Source of the DNA: a virus
Lineage: Duplodnaviria; Caudoviricetes
Strand: one strand, 5' to 3'
Virus record (IMG/VR): IMGVR_UViG_3300036833_000194
Coordinates: 1-56,311 of that record
Length of the DNA: 56,311 nt
The notes beneath the pieces are model-generated. The model ran no database searches. It was not told the origin of the DNA and saw nothing but the letters and a program-made list of their open reading frames with translations. Positions 55,521-56,311 of this stretch are shown here, piece after piece; the stretch's first letter is position 1; every line of letters begins with the position of its first letter. The translations under genes were made by a program, and so were the position numbers.

Positions 55521-56311
55521 CTAGTAGCCCGCGAACTCGATGTTGATCGTGCGCGCGACCGGAGAGCCGCCGTTTGTAACCTTCACGACCGCTCCGGACA
55601 AGGTGAGGCTCGTCACCGTGAGAAGGTCGCCGCTCGCCTCGTTGAGGATGCTAGCCTGCCAGGTCGGCAGGCCAGGGACCGCTTGGCCCCCGCCCGGACC
55701 GCCGTTGAACGCCGCCGGCGCGCTGGCCCCGTCCGGCTGAAACATCACCGTTAGGCCGCCCGAAGTCCCGGGCACGGACACGCCGATGAGATGGTCGATC
55801 CGGGACGGGATATGCACCGCGTAGGTGAACGCGGACGCCGCGGCGGCCGTGAGAGGATCCACAGACTGCAGATACATCTGCATCGCGAACGCCTGACCGA
55901 CGTAGAATCCGGCGCGGTAGCGCTGCCAGCCGGTCGATGTCGAGCTGTAATAGTGATAGATGTCGAGCACGACCGCAGCGTACATGTCCGGGATCAAGTA
56001 TAGATCCCCGGTGAACACTCCATCCGACGAAATGTTGATATTGGGGAAGGCCGTGGCGAACTTGTTGGCCGTCGAGCCGAAAATGTCGGTCAAGCTGAAG
56101 ACGTCGGTGATCGTGAATATGTTTTGGCCGACGATGATGCCGCTCGATGTCCAAGAGCAGTCCACGAGGCACCCCACGCTCCGCCCAACATCGATGATAT
56201 GAGAGCTCGGGATGGTGTACGTTCCGGACACAACCATGTTGAGGTCGATGAAGTAGAAGTCGATCACCGCGTAGATATCGGGGATCACGTAGACGTTGCT
56301 CGGGTCTGACC
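55521..56311 (-). CDS. Tail tip/host-specificity protein C-terminus (5' truncated by window edge)
   Basis: Open to the window end; W..Y..G.Y....F...., ends in N....GY. Confidence 0.65.
   Translation of the reverse strand, partial: SDPSNVYVIPDIYAVIDFYFIDLNMVVSGTYTIPSSHIIDVGRSVGCLVDCSWTSSGIIVGQNIFTITDVFSLTDIFGSTANKFATAFPNINISSDGVFTGDLYLIPDMYAAVVLDIYHYYSSTSTGWQRYRAGFYVGQAFAMQMYLQSVDPLTAAAASAFTYAVHIPSRIDHLIGVSVPGTSGGLTVMFQPDGASAPAAFNGGPGGGQAVPGLPTWQASILNEASGDLLTVTSLTLSGAVVKVTNGGSPVARTINIEFAGY

Larger units (their letters stand above)
1..56311. mobile_element. Tailed bacteriophage genome segment, probable alphaproteobacterial host
   Basis: Terminase, portal, MuF, prohead protease, tail fibres, lysin, RusA, RecE-like nuclease and GcrA are all present. 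No host housekeeping genes are seen. Confidence 0.97.

Overview
The whole window is tailed-phage DNA, probably from a phage of a soil alphaproteobacterium (it carries GcrA, a DnaA C-terminal HTH protein and a Rhizobiales-type Cro-like protein; GC looks roughly 60-65% by eye). Three blocks are visible. (1) A minus-strand block (31.3 kb to 1) holds a ParB protein, a TET-associated-type glycosyltransferase, a legionaminic/sialic-acid-like sugar cluster, two lycopene-cyclase-domain genes, a C5 methyltransferase, TerS, TerL (intein), portal (intein), MuF, a multi-domain prohead protease, scaffold and capsid decoration genes. (2) A central early/replication/recombination region (31.6-48.2 kb) has no CI repressor or integrase. 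(3) A minus-strand tail-fibre and lysis block occupies 48.3-56.3 kb. Major capsid and tail tube/tape-measure genes lie outside the window. The most notable items are: a phage-encoded nonulosonic-acid pathway directly upstream of the terminase; a prohead protease fused to HiPIP, histidine-phosphatase, ParB and Zn-finger modules separated by V/M-x-K motifs; a TerL intein with an HNH endonuclease encoded in an alternative frame; a type II hammerhead ribozyme plus several other structured RNAs; and a holin-DPBB-M15 fusion lysin. All family calls come from motif recognition by eye; no database searches were run.
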